Below are positions 18,882-30,650 of a DNA stretch of 60,434 nt, in pieces; the stretch's first letter is position 1, and every line of letters starts with the position of its first letter. The notes beneath the pieces are model-generated. The model made no database searches, had not been told where the DNA came from, and worked only from the letters and a program-made list of their open reading frames with translations. Source of the stretch: Oligoflexales bacterium. Its GTDB lineage: Bacteria; Bdellovibrionota_B; Oligoflexia; Oligoflexales; RGVZ01. Location: positions 1 to 60,434 of the forward strand of contig CANJQY010000001.1 of the NCBI GenBank assembly GCA_947476525.1, in the 5' to 3' direction. The position numbers and the translations under genes are program-made.

Positions 18882-19481
18882 ATGTTTACATTTAACAAAA
18901 AATTAGGTTTCCGTTTAGTAATCTCGATAGTTATGTCGACAGCTACGTCGGCATTTATAGTCGCATCTACTCAAGCCTGTAAAAGTCTCTACGACCTAGA
19001 CAGCTATTCCAAGTCCAAGGCCTCGGGCAAAATTTCCCAAGCTGACTGGTCCTACGGCTATGCTTACACTGATCCAGATGCCAAGCTTCCTGACGGGCAA
19101 GAAATCATGCTCGTTTTGACGGTGGAGAAGCCAAAGCACGCCTGCCCCGATGCTGCCCATTTGGTTGGGGACAAGCGAAACATTTCAATCTCGTTTGATG
19201 GCAAGATTGGGGACATGATAATAGGTGGAGCCAGTGATGCACTCGAAACTGAAGACACTCTTTTCGATGCTGGAAAATCGTTGCGTCATGCCACCGTCGC
19301 GTTTCAAAACCCGAATTTGCCCGAAGGTAAGCAATACATTTTTGCGTCCAAAGGAAAATTAAAGATAACCAAAATTACCCCCAAAATTATTCAGGGTGCA
19401 TTCGTGGCCAAATTCGACGAAAACAATTTTGGCAATGGCCAATTCAAAGCCAAGTTTTGTGTACACGGACAGCTCAACTAA
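18882..19481 (+). CDS. hypothetical secreted protein
   Basis: N-terminal hydrophobic signal-like segment (LVISIVMSTATSAFIVASTQA). No domain recognised and the start is uncertain. Confidence 0.5.
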   Translation: MFTFNKKLGFRLVISIVMSTATSAFIVASTQACKSLYDLDSYSKSKASGKISQADWSYGYAYTDPDAKLPDGQEIMLVLTVEKPKHACPDAAHLVGDKRNISISFDGKIGDMIIGGASDALETEDTLFDAGKSLRHATVAFQNPNLPEGKQYIFASKGKLKITKITPKIIQGAFVAKFDENNFGNGQFKAKFCVHGQLN

Positions 19482-19490
19482 CGGCCAGCC

Positions 19491-19775
19491 TTATTCGTAA
19501 ATATTTCTCTCATTCTTTTGACTAGCATCTTGCCACGGCCCGTAGCTCCATTCCTCATCTGGCGGCAAAAAGTTTGTCAGCAATCCCAAAAAAATCATCG
19601 GCAATGCTACCATAAACCAATGCCCATTTTTCTGCTGCATATTAATCCAAAGCCAAGAGGAGAAAAACACTGTTAAAAGGCTGCAAATGAACATAGTGAA
19701 GGCCCTGCGTTTTGGATAGTACAGCAATTTGACATACCTTGCCTCGTTGCCTAACTTTACTTTCTCTTTCGCCAT
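19491..19775 (-). CDS. small membrane protein (hypothetical)
   Basis: 94 aa with two hydrophobic helices. Tightly packed with the next gene. Confidence 0.45.
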   Translation of the reverse strand: MAKEKVKLGNEARYVKLLYYPKRRAFTMFICSLLTVFFSSWLWINMQQKNGHWFMVALPMIFLGLLTNFLPPDEEWSYGPWQDASQKNERNIYE

Positions 19776-19786
19776 TTTAAATACTC

Positions 19787-20167
19787 CTATGTTTTATTTT
19801 TATTCCCGTTAGCTAGCGCCGCTTGACCTACCAGGTCCATCGACGAAACCTTCTTGACATACATCCACCGCACACTTGAGCACAATAGTAACAACATAAA
19901 AACGACCACTTTTCCGACAGCGCCATAAACTGATACTAATCCGATTGGTAGGGTCAAAATGACGACCGCGCCTAGGGCCAGCAAACATCCCATATAGGTC
20001 ACTTGTGCGACCTCATCTCGGCGATCCACGCCCTTAAGGCTTGAAAATAGCCCAATGCTCCAAATCATCCAAAAAATAATCGGGCCTATGTCCTGTGGAC
20101 GAATGTCGGTAAACAAGCTCTTTAAATCTAAAAATAGAATTTCCCATTTCATGTCTAGAATCCTCAC
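19787..20167 (-). CDS. membrane protein (hypothetical)
   Basis: 126 aa with 3-4 hydrophobic segments. Confidence 0.45.
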   Translation of the reverse strand: MRILDMKWEILFLDLKSLFTDIRPQDIGPIIFWMIWSIGLFSSLKGVDRRDEVAQVTYMGCLLALGAVVILTLPIGLVSVYGAVGKVVVFMLLLLCSSVRWMYVKKVSSMDLVGQAALANGNKNKT

Positions 20168-20301
20168 TTATTGATACCCCTATCGGCAGGTACTCAAAAA
20201 ACTTAACAGGCACCCCTTGCCCATAGGGCCGTGCTAGGTTAGGATTGCAATCGAACCCAATTTTTTTGAAATTGATTTATTATATAAGGGAGATCGACTC
20301 C

Positions 20302-21390
20302 ATGGCCTCTTACCCTCGTGCGACAAGGCTTGTCGGCTGTTTAGCGTCGCTTATACCGCTACTTGCTGTTGCCACTTCATATTCAACCGCCTTTGGCGCT
20401 AAAAAACCTGAGGAAAACGCAGGAAATAGAAGCAATAAGCTAACCAACGAGCCGGCCGGAGTTATCTCGTTTCAAAATTCTATGACCGATTTTGGGACCG
20501 TTAATCGCGGCCAAAAAATGTCGACCACGTTCACATTTGTCAATATCGGTAAAGGACCCTTAGCCATTCAAGGCGTTCAGGCATCTTGTGATTGCACCAC
20601 AGTAACTCCTACCAAGGGAAAAATATTTGGGCCGGGAGAAACTGGGACCATCGAAGTCAACTTTGACTCCAAAGATTATACGGGAAAAGTCACTAAGGCC
20701 TTAACTGTCATCACCAACGAACGCTCAATGTCAGATAGAACCCTTTCGATTACCGCAACCGTCAATAGCGAGCTAGATGCGGCTCCACCGCTTGCAGATT
20801 TTGGCACCGTTTCTCCCAACAATTTGGCCCAGCAAACTATTCGGGTTAAGAATCGCATGAAAACGGAATTGAAAATCGAAAAATTGCGTTACAATGGCGA
20901 GTTTCTCGACGTCGGCTATGCAAAAGAAGGTGCCGATTACGTCATCTACGTAAAACTAAAGCCCACCGCACCCATTGGTTTTTTTAAAGAGACTATTTGG
21001 GTCGAAAATAATTCAACCGCCCTTCCAGATCTTCCGATTCCGGTCCGAGCCACGATCGAAAACCAAATTGCAGCGGCCCCCGCGTACGTTGAATTTGGCT
21101 CCATTGCAGCAACAAAAAAATCCGCGCGCCAAGTAGCCCTTTCGTCGCTCAACGGATTTGACGTCACAAGTAATTCAATCGAACTAAATTTAAATGGCGT
21201 TAAATCCGAACAAGGAATAAATTTAATGCAGATCATCTTAACGCCAGCAAATAAAAATTCAAAAAATATGACTTTAGAGCTCCAAAATCCTGGTGGAAAA
21301 TCTGGGAATGTTCATGGGAAAATTACACTTCTGACGACTAATCCACAGCAAAAAAACGTGACCCTAGATTTTTATGCATTCTTTCGCTAA
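20302..21390 (+). CDS. DUF1573-type secreted beta-sandwich repeat protein
   Basis: DFGTVNRGQKMSTTFTFVNIGKGPLAIQGVQASCDCT matches the DUF1573 pattern, and similar FGTV/FGSI modules follow. Start at the ATG at 20302 with AAGGGAG upstream. Signal peptide LVGCLASLIPLLAVA. Confidence 0.7.
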   Translation: MASYPRATRLVGCLASLIPLLAVATSYSTAFGAKKPEENAGNRSNKLTNEPAGVISFQNSMTDFGTVNRGQKMSTTFTFVNIGKGPLAIQGVQASCDCTTVTPTKGKIFGPGETGTIEVNFDSKDYTGKVTKALTVITNERSMSDRTLSITATVNSELDAAPPLADFGTVSPNNLAQQTIRVKNRMKTELKIEKLRYNGEFLDVGYAKEGADYVIYVKLKPTAPIGFFKETIWVENNSTALPDLPIPVRATIENQIAAAPAYVEFGSIAATKKSARQVALSSLNGFDVTSNSIELNLNGVKSEQGINLMQIILTPANKNSKNMTLELQNPGGKSGNVHGKITLLTTNPQQKNVTLDFYAFFR

Positions 21391-22874
21391 TGTGCTTCTG
21401 AGGCCAAGCTGTGATGAAGGTCCCCTAGAAGGGCAATTTTATTACCTGCGGTTATATTCACTGGAAGAGTCCGGCCAAGTAAATTTTGTGAAGACTGCAC
21501 TCGGACGGTTCTAAATTCCATAGTTTTCCCGACCCAAAGACCTGGGTATTTTCTACTTTCGTAAATAAAAAGCACGTCTTGCTTTGTTGCAATATCTGCA
21601 TTCACCCAGTCCATTGTGATTTTGTCTTGGGCCGCATTCAAACGCGCTAGCCGTTGGACTTTCACGGCTTCTGGAACTTGTTCCGAAAATCGAGCTGCCG
21701 CAGTACCTTTTCTCGGAGAATAAACGAAAGCATAGACAAAACTATAGCGAACCTTCTCAATGAGTCGCAGGGTATCTTCAAACTCCTCGTCCGTTTCCCC
21801 AGGAAATCCAACAATCAAATCAGTGCTGATAGCGATTCCCGGAACAGCTTCACGAAGCCATTGAACTCGTTGTAAGTAAGTCTCGACCGTAACTTTACGC
21901 TTCATCCGATCCAAAGTGCGATCACTCCCAGCTTGAACTGGAAGATGGATATGACGACCCAGTTTTGGTTGCTCTGCAAACAATTGCGCAAGTGGCTGCG
22001 TAAAATCATGAGGGTTTGACGTCGTAAAACGAACACGCTCGACGCCCTCCACCATTGCGACAGATCGAAGGAGGTCAACGAACGGACCGCCATCGTCAGG
22101 CACTTCATCAATTCCCAAAAGATCGAGGCCGTAACTATTAACATTTTGACCAAGAAGTGTAATTTCGCGGGCTCCGGTTTTCACCATGTACTCCACTTCG
22201 CGGATAATCTCCTCTTTACGACGACTTATCTCGCGACCGCGAGTGAATGGCACGACGCAGAAAGTACAAAAATTATTACAGCCCTGAATAACATTCACAA
22301 ATCGCGTCACTTCTGGCCGTCCAGAAATGGAGGGAATATGTAACGGAGGATTTTCACCTTGAACACTAGGCCTTTTTCGATCCGTGCTTTGTTCCGTAAG
22401 ACCGCCTTCAGCCTCAATATGTCGATCAAAGCCTATTGCCAAAGTAGACTTACCTGTTTCGCGATTTTCCTGCAGTAATCTCGGCAGTTCATCCAATTTA
22501 CCAGGCCCAATCAAAACATCAATTTGAGGTGCAAGTTCGATAAGCTTCTTACCATCGGCTTGAGCGACGCAGCCAGTCACGGCGATTTTAAGATTTGGAT
22601 TTGATACCTTCAGCTGATTTAGAACTCCCAGCCGGCTCAACACTTTGTGGCGTGCATTTTCTCGAATATGGCAGGTATTCAGCAACACCAAATCAGCCGC
22701 CTCAGCTCCAGCCACAGTCAGCTCATAATTATTGGCTTCCAGTATTGCGAGCATTCGCTCGCTGTCGGCCACGTTCATTTGGCAGCCCCAGGTTTCGATA
22801 TGCACCTTACGCTTGCCAGCTACGACTGCGATCGGCGATTGAGATTGAGATTGAGGAGAATTCATATGCCACAC
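21387..22874 (-). CDS. miaB: tRNA-2-methylthio-N6-dimethylallyladenosine synthase
   Basis: MTTase N-terminal Cys residues (WGCQMN, NTCHIRE, TGCVAQ), radical-SAM motif GCNNFCTFCVVP, and a C-terminal TRAM-like region. Confidence 0.9.
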   Translation of the reverse strand: MWHMNSPQSQSQSPIAVVAGKRKVHIETWGCQMNVADSERMLAILEANNYELTVAGAEAADLVLLNTCHIRENARHKVLSRLGVLNQLKVSNPNLKIAVTGCVAQADGKKLIELAPQIDVLIGPGKLDELPRLLQENRETGKSTLAIGFDRHIEAEGGLTEQSTDRKRPSVQGENPPLHIPSISGRPEVTRFVNVIQGCNNFCTFCVVPFTRGREISRRKEEIIREVEYMVKTGAREITLLGQNVNSYGLDLLGIDEVPDDGGPFVDLLRSVAMVEGVERVRFTTSNPHDFTQPLAQLFAEQPKLGRHIHLPVQAGSDRTLDRMKRKVTVETYLQRVQWLREAVPGIAISTDLIVGFPGETDEEFEDTLRLIEKVRYSFVYAFVYSPRKGTAAARFSEQVPEAVKVQRLARLNAAQDKITMDWVNADIATKQDVLFIYESRKYPGLWVGKTMEFRTVRVQSSQNLLGRTLPVNITAGNKIALLGDLHHSLASEAH

Positions 22875-22886
22875 ACCTATTACAAA

Positions 22887-24419
22887 TTATCGACGATTCT
22901 TTTTTCGAGCGTCTTTGACCGCTTTGCGTAATTTCTTTTGTTTGTCACGATCAATCACCTTTGCCGCAGCGGCAGCGCCGCCGCCAAACATATCGCCCAT
23001 ACCTGCGGGCATTGCGCCGCCACCCATCATGCTTTGAGCCGCTTTGCGAAGCTGGTTCATCTGACCCAAGCCGCCCATTCCGGGAATTTTACCAAGCATT
23101 CCACCAAGCCCTTTGCCCATCATGCCCATCATTTGGCGCATACCTTTAAATTTCTTAAGGAGGTCTTGAATATCTTTTGTTTTCGTACCACTACCTTTAG
23201 CTATTCTGCGAACTCGGCCTTCGTTGAAAACACCAGGATTAATCCGCTCCTGCTCAGTCATTGAATCAATAATCGCCTTGATCTTGACGAGCTCCCGATC
23301 ATCCAACTTTGCGTCTTTGGGGATCATTCCTTGCATAGGAAGTTTCGCCATAACATCTTTTAACGAACCCATTTGCTGAATCATGGATAACTGTTGGTAA
23401 AAGTCTTTAAAGGTAAACTGCCCGTCAAGCATCTTCATCATCTCAGCTTCTTTATCGCCGGTATGAACGCGTTCAAAGTCTTCCATCAAACCAACAACGT
23501 CGCCCATGCCAAGAATTCTGCTTGCAAGACCTTCGGGACGAAACTCTTCAAGACGAGCGAGGTCCTCGCCCATTCCAAGAAATTTAATTGGCTTGCCAGT
23601 TACCCTGCGTATGCTCAGTGCTGCGCCGCCTCGGGTATCGCCGTCGAGCTTGGTCATTATGACACCTGAAATATTCAGGCGCTCGTCAAACGCTTTTGCG
23701 GTCGTGACGGCGTCTTGACCCATCATAGCGTCGCAAACAAAGAAAATATTATCTGGTTTGGCGCGAGCTTTAATCTCATCAAGCTCCGCCATGAGATCAC
23801 TGTCTATCGTTAAACGACCGGCGGTATCTAAAATCACGACATCACAATTTAACTCAAACGCTTTTAGCTGGGCCTTCTCGCATATTTCTTGAGGTGTTGC
23901 TCCTACAATATGAAATATGGGAACATCCAATTTTTTGGCCAAAACTGTTAACTGTTCAACCGCCGCTGGTCGATAAATATCGGCCGCCACAAGCAGAGGT
24001 TTACGTTTATGTTTCGTTATCAAATATTGTGCGAGTTTTCCGGTCGTCGTTGTTTTACCACTACCCTGTAAACCAACCATCATAATGACGGTTGGACGAT
24101 TAACCGCAAATTGGATGGCGGCGTCGTGGGCCCCCATTAGGGCTTCCAATTCAGTCTTACAAATTTGAACAAAATGGTCGGCTGGTGTCACCTTAATGCG
24201 TTGAGCGCCAGCACCTGCACGGAGGTTGACGGACGTGCCGAGAGCCTCTGATTTTACCTTGGCGAGAAAATCTTTTGCCACGCCATACTCGACATCGGCC
24301 TCAAGTAAGCTCTTACGAATCTCACCAATGGCTTCGTCGATATTCGCTTCCGACAGGTTTGCCTTGCCTGTGAGTTTTTGACGGGCAACGCGAAAACCGC
24401 CACTTAATATATCCAGCAT
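22887..24419 (-). CDS. ffh: signal recognition particle protein Ffh
   Basis: NG domain (GLQGSGKTTT, DTAGR, TKLDGD). Met-rich M domain, then a Gly/Met-rich segment and a basic C-terminal tail. Confidence 0.95.
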   Translation of the reverse strand: MLDILSGGFRVARQKLTGKANLSEANIDEAIGEIRKSLLEADVEYGVAKDFLAKVKSEALGTSVNLRAGAGAQRIKVTPADHFVQICKTELEALMGAHDAAIQFAVNRPTVIMMVGLQGSGKTTTTGKLAQYLITKHKRKPLLVAADIYRPAAVEQLTVLAKKLDVPIFHIVGATPQEICEKAQLKAFELNCDVVILDTAGRLTIDSDLMAELDEIKARAKPDNIFFVCDAMMGQDAVTTAKAFDERLNISGVIMTKLDGDTRGGAALSIRRVTGKPIKFLGMGEDLARLEEFRPEGLASRILGMGDVVGLMEDFERVHTGDKEAEMMKMLDGQFTFKDFYQQLSMIQQMGSLKDVMAKLPMQGMIPKDAKLDDRELVKIKAIIDSMTEQERINPGVFNEGRVRRIAKGSGTKTKDIQDLLKKFKGMRQMMGMMGKGLGGMLGKIPGMGGLGQMNQLRKAAQSMMGGGAMPAGMGDMFGGGAAAAAKVIDRDKQKKLRKAVKDARKKNRR

Positions 24420-24469
24420 TTTAGGGCTCCTAATTTAGCGAAAATCGCAATAATCTCCACGGTAAAGAG

Positions 24470-24498
24470 CGTATAGTTCCATTCGCCAAAATCGTCAA
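24470..24498 (-). promoter_or_regulatory. candidate sigma-70 promoter for ffh
   Basis: The minus strand reads TTGACG, a 17-nt spacer, then TATACG, about 50 nt upstream of the ffh ATG. Confidence 0.35.
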
Positions 24499-24589
24499 GG
24501 CAAAGGGCTCCGCCGTAGCGGATAAAAGGACATATTTGTGTTTAATTACAGATAGATAGATGAAAATTTAAATCGGAACCCAATTTCCG

Positions 24590-26197
24590 CTACCAGGCCT
24601 TTATCGCCTGCCTACGAGCACTACCCCAACCCAGCTCTCCCGATGACTTCGGGGCGTTCTTCTCGTCCTCCTCTTCGGCATCAAGAGGATTTGCGGGAAG
24701 AACATGGACTGTATATTTATACTGCCCTTGTGGAAGTCTCAATAATTTGGATTGTCCATTGTCGATTACAAATTCAGTTTCAGAACTCAGTGATTGAATT
24801 AGATATTTTGATAGGGGTGCGGCTTCAGTGCCGGCAAGGGTGTTATGATCGTAGGAAAACCCACATTCCAATGTGAAATTTTTGCCCGTCAATTTCATGC
24901 CATCTGCAATTCGTAGCAAATCGAGTGACGCACTAAATACAGGGTGCCAGCACATTTCAGCTTGTTCAGGAACGTTCAACACGCCATTTGATTGCGCGGC
25001 GGCAAGCGCCGCCATTCGGCGTGATGCAGAACTTACTTTACTTTTAACTAGCCGTGGAGGAATTTTTTCTTGCACTGGACGACCTAGATATTTTTTAGCT
25101 TCCGCCATCAGTGTATTGGACACGGCTTCATCTGGCGCAATGGTGATGCGTAGTGGCTGCCTTACAACGTTTGTAAGTCCGCCAGGAATCGTGCTCTGCG
25201 GAATTTTGATGGTGAGTGTTCCAACCGTGCTTGTTTGCTCATATAAGTCGCGAAGCAGGGCTAATTCTTGTATGCCTTTGCGGAGGCCGTACAAACTAGC
25301 GTCTCGGCGAATTTGTGACTGACCACCGCAAAGTGCTTGTTGCCAACGCAGCGAAGTCATAATGATGGGTAGCTCTTCAGGAATACTATATTTCAGGACG
25401 TTACAAAACTTCGCGTAATTTTGATCATTTGCCGGCGAGTCGGCAATCTTCGCAAGTGTTGTTACAACGCCAGAGCGACGTGCAAGTATGTATGGTTGGC
25501 GGCTCCACTTTTGAATCATGACCTTTTGAAATTCGTCTGTGGCCGCAATGGCTTCACGCGGTTGAAGCGAGTCGAGCTGGCACTCTGCCTCCTTGGCGCC
25601 AAGTACAATGGCGGTGCAATCAGGAACGAGTTTTTTCATGGCTGCCACAATTGTATTTTGGAGGCTTGCCAAATGCTGTGGATCGATTCGGAGTATGTTG
25701 CCAAATAATGGCTCCTTACCCGCGGCCTTTTGTGCGAGGCAAATCGCATCTTGAATTTCTTTGGTGATTTCCAATCCGGAAAGTTTCGTTTCAGAGTCCT
25801 CTGCCCTAGCCGTTACTAATTGTTCGCCCCCTTCTTCGAAAGTCAGGTCATAACTTTGCCCTAGGACTTCTAGGGATGAGCCAAAGACGAAATGCTGGTT
25901 GGCACACGAACTCGCCGAAAATCGCAAACGATTAGTATGTACCGCTCCCGCGGCAGCAAGATTAATCCAGATTTGTTTGATTTCATGAGGTACAATTGCG
26001 TGCGAAAGTTTGGACTCCGAACCAACAATACTCGGAGTTGATGGTTTTGCTATATTGCAAGCACTAGTCACGCAAATACTAGTCGCGCAAATACTAGCCA
26101 TGCAAATACCGGCCAGGCTAGATCGATCAAATACTTGGAAAACAATAGGGGATCTATCGACGCTCAATTTTTTGAACGGCAAATTCGACTTTTTCAT
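24590..26197 (-). CDS. hypothetical protein (535 aa) with a Cys-rich hydrophobic N-terminus
   Basis: Start moved to the ATG at 26197 (MKKSNLPF...), preceded by GGAGG at 5-nt spacing. It overlaps the upstream gene by 44 nt. No domain recognised. Confidence 0.6.
   Translation of the reverse strand: MKKSNLPFKKLSVDRSPIVFQVFDRSSLAGICMASICATSICVTSACNIAKPSTPSIVGSESKLSHAIVPHEIKQIWINLAAAGAVHTNRLRFSASSCANQHFVFGSSLEVLGQSYDLTFEEGGEQLVTARAEDSETKLSGLEITKEIQDAICLAQKAAGKEPLFGNILRIDPQHLASLQNTIVAAMKKLVPDCTAIVLGAKEAECQLDSLQPREAIAATDEFQKVMIQKWSRQPYILARRSGVVTTLAKIADSPANDQNYAKFCNVLKYSIPEELPIIMTSLRWQQALCGGQSQIRRDASLYGLRKGIQELALLRDLYEQTSTVGTLTIKIPQSTIPGGLTNVVRQPLRITIAPDEAVSNTLMAEAKKYLGRPVQEKIPPRLVKSKVSSASRRMAALAAAQSNGVLNVPEQAEMCWHPVFSASLDLLRIADGMKLTGKNFTLECGFSYDHNTLAGTEAAPLSKYLIQSLSSETEFVIDNGQSKLLRLPQGQYKYTVHVLPANPLDAEEEDEKNAPKSSGELGWGSARRQAIKAW
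26072..26116 (-). repeat. 15-bp (5-codon) tandem repeat x3 inside the N-terminal coding region
   Basis: GCAAATACTAGTCGC / GCAAATACTAGCCAT / GCAAATACCGGCCAG on the plus strand. Encodes the pentapeptide series GIC-MASIC-ATSIC-VTSAC. Confidence 0.8.
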
Positions 26198-26642
26198 GTA
26201 GTCCTCCAACCTCAGGATTGCTGGCCTCAACGGTCCAAGACACGGGTTGCGCCATTTGCAACACATGACGAGAAATTTCAACGCCATCAGAATTCTCAGA
26301 GATCAAAGTTATGTCTTTAAGCCCAGCGCTAGTCTTCATAAGAGTATTAGCCCAAAGGTAAAGAGAGGGATCGGTGACAAAGTTGCGGCTTAATTCAATT
26401 CGACCAGCCTCTGCAGAAAGTGGATTGCCAGTTAAGCGCTCTAGATCTTTTATTGGGCTAAATGCTCCAAAGGACACGCCATCGATTTCAACCGTCATTG
26501 ACGTCACCTTGCTAGAAAAACTCGCTGGCAAGCGCTCTGTGGCAACCATCGGAACTAACAGCAAGCCAAGCAAACATAAGTTTGCGACCCTAACGACTCG
26601 GCTAGGCTGATTCTTTGTATTTAAGCTCCGTAACTGATGCAC
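26154..26642 (-). CDS. secreted protein resembling the phage tail tube (T4 gp19 / Afp1-like) domain
   Basis: GTG start with AGGAG 6 nt upstream. N-terminal signal-like segment NLCLLGLLLVPMVA. The remainder follows the remembered tail-tube family pattern: MTVEIDGVSFGAFS..., GRIELSRNFVTDPSLYLW, LKDITLISENSDGVEISRHVLQMAQPVSW, HEKVEFAVQKIE. Motif-level reading only. Confidence 0.4.
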   Translation of the reverse strand: MHQLRSLNTKNQPSRVVRVANLCLLGLLLVPMVATERLPASFSSKVTSMTVEIDGVSFGAFSPIKDLERLTGNPLSAEAGRIELSRNFVTDPSLYLWANTLMKTSAGLKDITLISENSDGVEISRHVLQMAQPVSWTVEASNPEVGGLHEKVEFAVQKIERR

Positions 26643-26817
26643 GTAACTCTCCTAAATCAAAATTTCTACTCTATATTAATATGTATAATATTAAATATAA
26701 CACTGACCAACGCAGATTACTAGACCCGATATTAAAAACTTGACAGCCCTCTTTTTACACACTTCCGAGGTCCCTAATTCTGATCCCCTTGGTGACTGTG
26801 GTGCTATCGGATCGACT

Positions 26818-27201
26818 TTAAGAAAGTTTAGCGATCGCATCAATTTCAACATTCACGTCACGAGGTAAACGGGCCACTTCGACGGTTGCGCGAGCAGGAA
26901 AAGGCTGGGGAAAGTAGGTTCCGTAAATCTCATTAACAACCGAGAATGAGCCCATATCCTTCAAGAAAATTGTCGTTTTCACAACATTCGCCATCGACCC
27001 TCCAGCGGCCTCGATGATGGCTTTCAAATTATCCAAAACTTTTTTTGTTTCGTCAGCAATTCCTGTCCGAATTTGCTCACCCGACTTCGCGTCGAGGGGG
27101 ATTTGACCTGACACAAAAAGGAGGTCTCCGGCTCGAACAGCTTGGGAATAAGGGCCTATAGCGGCTGGGGCATTGGCCGTTTGGATGCTTTTTTTTTCCA
27201 T
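26818..27201 (-). CDS. ridA: RidA family enamine/imine deaminase
   Basis: TANAPAAIGPYSQAVRAGDLLFVSGQIPLD and the C-terminal ARATVEVARLPRDVNVEIDAIA are typical of YjgF/RidA. Confidence 0.9.
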   Translation of the reverse strand: MEKKSIQTANAPAAIGPYSQAVRAGDLLFVSGQIPLDAKSGEQIRTGIADETKKVLDNLKAIIEAAGGSMANVVKTTIFLKDMGSFSVVNEIYGTYFPQPFPARATVEVARLPRDVNVEIDAIAKLS

Positions 27202-27461
27202 GGGAAATTCTTACCTCGTCAAAGGGATTATTTGGTTGGCTTAACATGCGAAATGTTACTTGGTGCAATTGAAAAAACAATGCTTTTCTTTAGCAATCTT
27301 TTAGCACTCTTTCGGCATTCTTTTGGTGATCCATTCATGAACTCGTGGCCATCGCTCAACGACAATTGGCAGTTGTAATTGCGGCGGGTTGTTTCTATAC
27401 TAACTCCTTTGCCAATTTAGTAGTCATTGTTAGCCTGTCCAAATAACTCCGAGGTAGACCA

Positions 27462-28268
27462 GTGTTGCAGTTCCCACAGATTGATCCAATTATTGTTGGT
27501 TTTGGCCCGATTCAACTCCGTTGGTACAGCTTAATGTATGTCATTGGCCTGACTGCTTGTTATTATTTCCTTCGCGACGCATCGCGCAAAGGCCGCCTGA
27601 AATTAGACGAACAGCAAGTTGAATCGGTCATGTTATATGGATTGATCGGCATGATTCTTGGGGCCCGTTTAGTCTACGTTTTTGTTTATAATTTCGATCA
27701 TTACAGTACCCATCCAGAAGAAATTTTAGCGACGTGGAAAGGTGGGTTATCTTTTCACGGCGCAATCACCGGAATTGGTTTAGCGATCCTATTATTTGCT
27801 CGACGGAATAAAAAAAGTTTTCTGAATATTACCGATACGATTGTAACCATAGCTCCTGTTGGGCTCGCGTTTGGCCGATTAGGTAACTTTATTAATGGAG
27901 AGCTCTGGGGCCGTATTACGGATTCCCCAGTTGGAATGATCTTTCCGGATGGAGGACCATTCCCGCGTCACCCATCACAGCTTTACGAATCTTTTTTTGA
28001 AGGCTGGGTGCTACTCGCTATCATGATGCTGATTTATCGTTCCAAGCCGCGAACTGGTGTGCTCTCCGCTTTCTTTTTGATTTTATACGCCACGTTTCGC
28101 TTCTTTATTGAATTCTTCCGTGAACCTGATTCCCAATTAGGCACCATTCTTGGGCCATTTAGCATGGGACAAGTTTTATGTGCCATCATGTGGCTCATTG
28201 GCGGCGCCATTCTTGCGCTATCTCTCAACAGCGATCAGGATCATGTGGAAGCCGAACCTTCGCCCTGA
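27462..28268 (+). CDS. lgt: prolipoprotein diacylglyceryl transferase
   Basis: LRWYSLMYVIG, GGLSFHGA and GRLGNFINGELWGR motifs. GTG start. Confidence 0.9.
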   Translation: MLQFPQIDPIIVGFGPIQLRWYSLMYVIGLTACYYFLRDASRKGRLKLDEQQVESVMLYGLIGMILGARLVYVFVYNFDHYSTHPEEILATWKGGLSFHGAITGIGLAILLFARRNKKSFLNITDTIVTIAPVGLAFGRLGNFINGELWGRITDSPVGMIFPDGGPFPRHPSQLYESFFEGWVLLAIMMLIYRSKPRTGVLSAFFLILYATFRFFIEFFREPDSQLGTILGPFSMGQVLCAIMWLIGGAILALSLNSDQDHVEAEPSP

Positions 28269-28788
28269 CCGTTGCTGCTTGCATGCAAGCCTGGGACTGA
28301 ATTGAAAAGGCAATCGCTAAAGCGTCACTCGCGTCGAGTGGCAACCGACCTTTATTAAAGCCCAGTATGACTTGAAGTGCCTGGTACACTTGCTCTTTGC
28401 TGGCTGCGCCACTTCCTGCGACGATGCGCTTAACTTCTGCAGGGGTAATTTCTGTAATCGATATTTTATGGCGTCCCACCGCTGAGATTAGCGCGCCACG
28501 AGCTTCACTGAGCTTCAGCGCTGATGCTGAATTTACGCCATGAAAGGCCTTTTCGATTCCGACGATGGTAGGCTTCAATTCGTGAATTAGGTCATAAAAA
28601 GTATCGTGAATTTCACAAATGCGGTCAAGCATCGAGAGATTTGTGGACATTCGCACGACGCCAACATCCACCACAACCCAATCCATTGGGGACCTGGGTA
28701 CAATTTTCTTAGCTTCCAACACTGCAAATCCGATGACTCGGCTGCCTGGATCGATGCCTAAAATTCTTGGAAATCTAGTCGGGTTCAT
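28225..28788 (-). CDS. ruvC: crossover junction endodeoxyribonuclease RuvC
   Basis: RILGIDPGSRVIGFAVLE, IVGIEKAF and DASDALAIA motifs. Start moved to the ATG at 28788 (MNPTRFPRILGIDPG). Confidence 0.85.
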   Translation of the reverse strand: MNPTRFPRILGIDPGSRVIGFAVLEAKKIVPRSPMDWVVVDVGVVRMSTNLSMLDRICEIHDTFYDLIHELKPTIVGIEKAFHGVNSASALKLSEARGALISAVGRHKISITEITPAEVKRIVAGSGAASKEQVYQALQVILGFNKGRLPLDASDALAIAFSIQSQACMQAATVRAKVRLPHDPDRC

Positions 28789-28839
28789 TTTTGCTGCCAA
28801 TTTTAATTCACTATTGAATAAGATCACGGTACAACATAA

Positions 28840-30647
<1,808 letters not shown>

Positions 30648-30650
30648 ATC

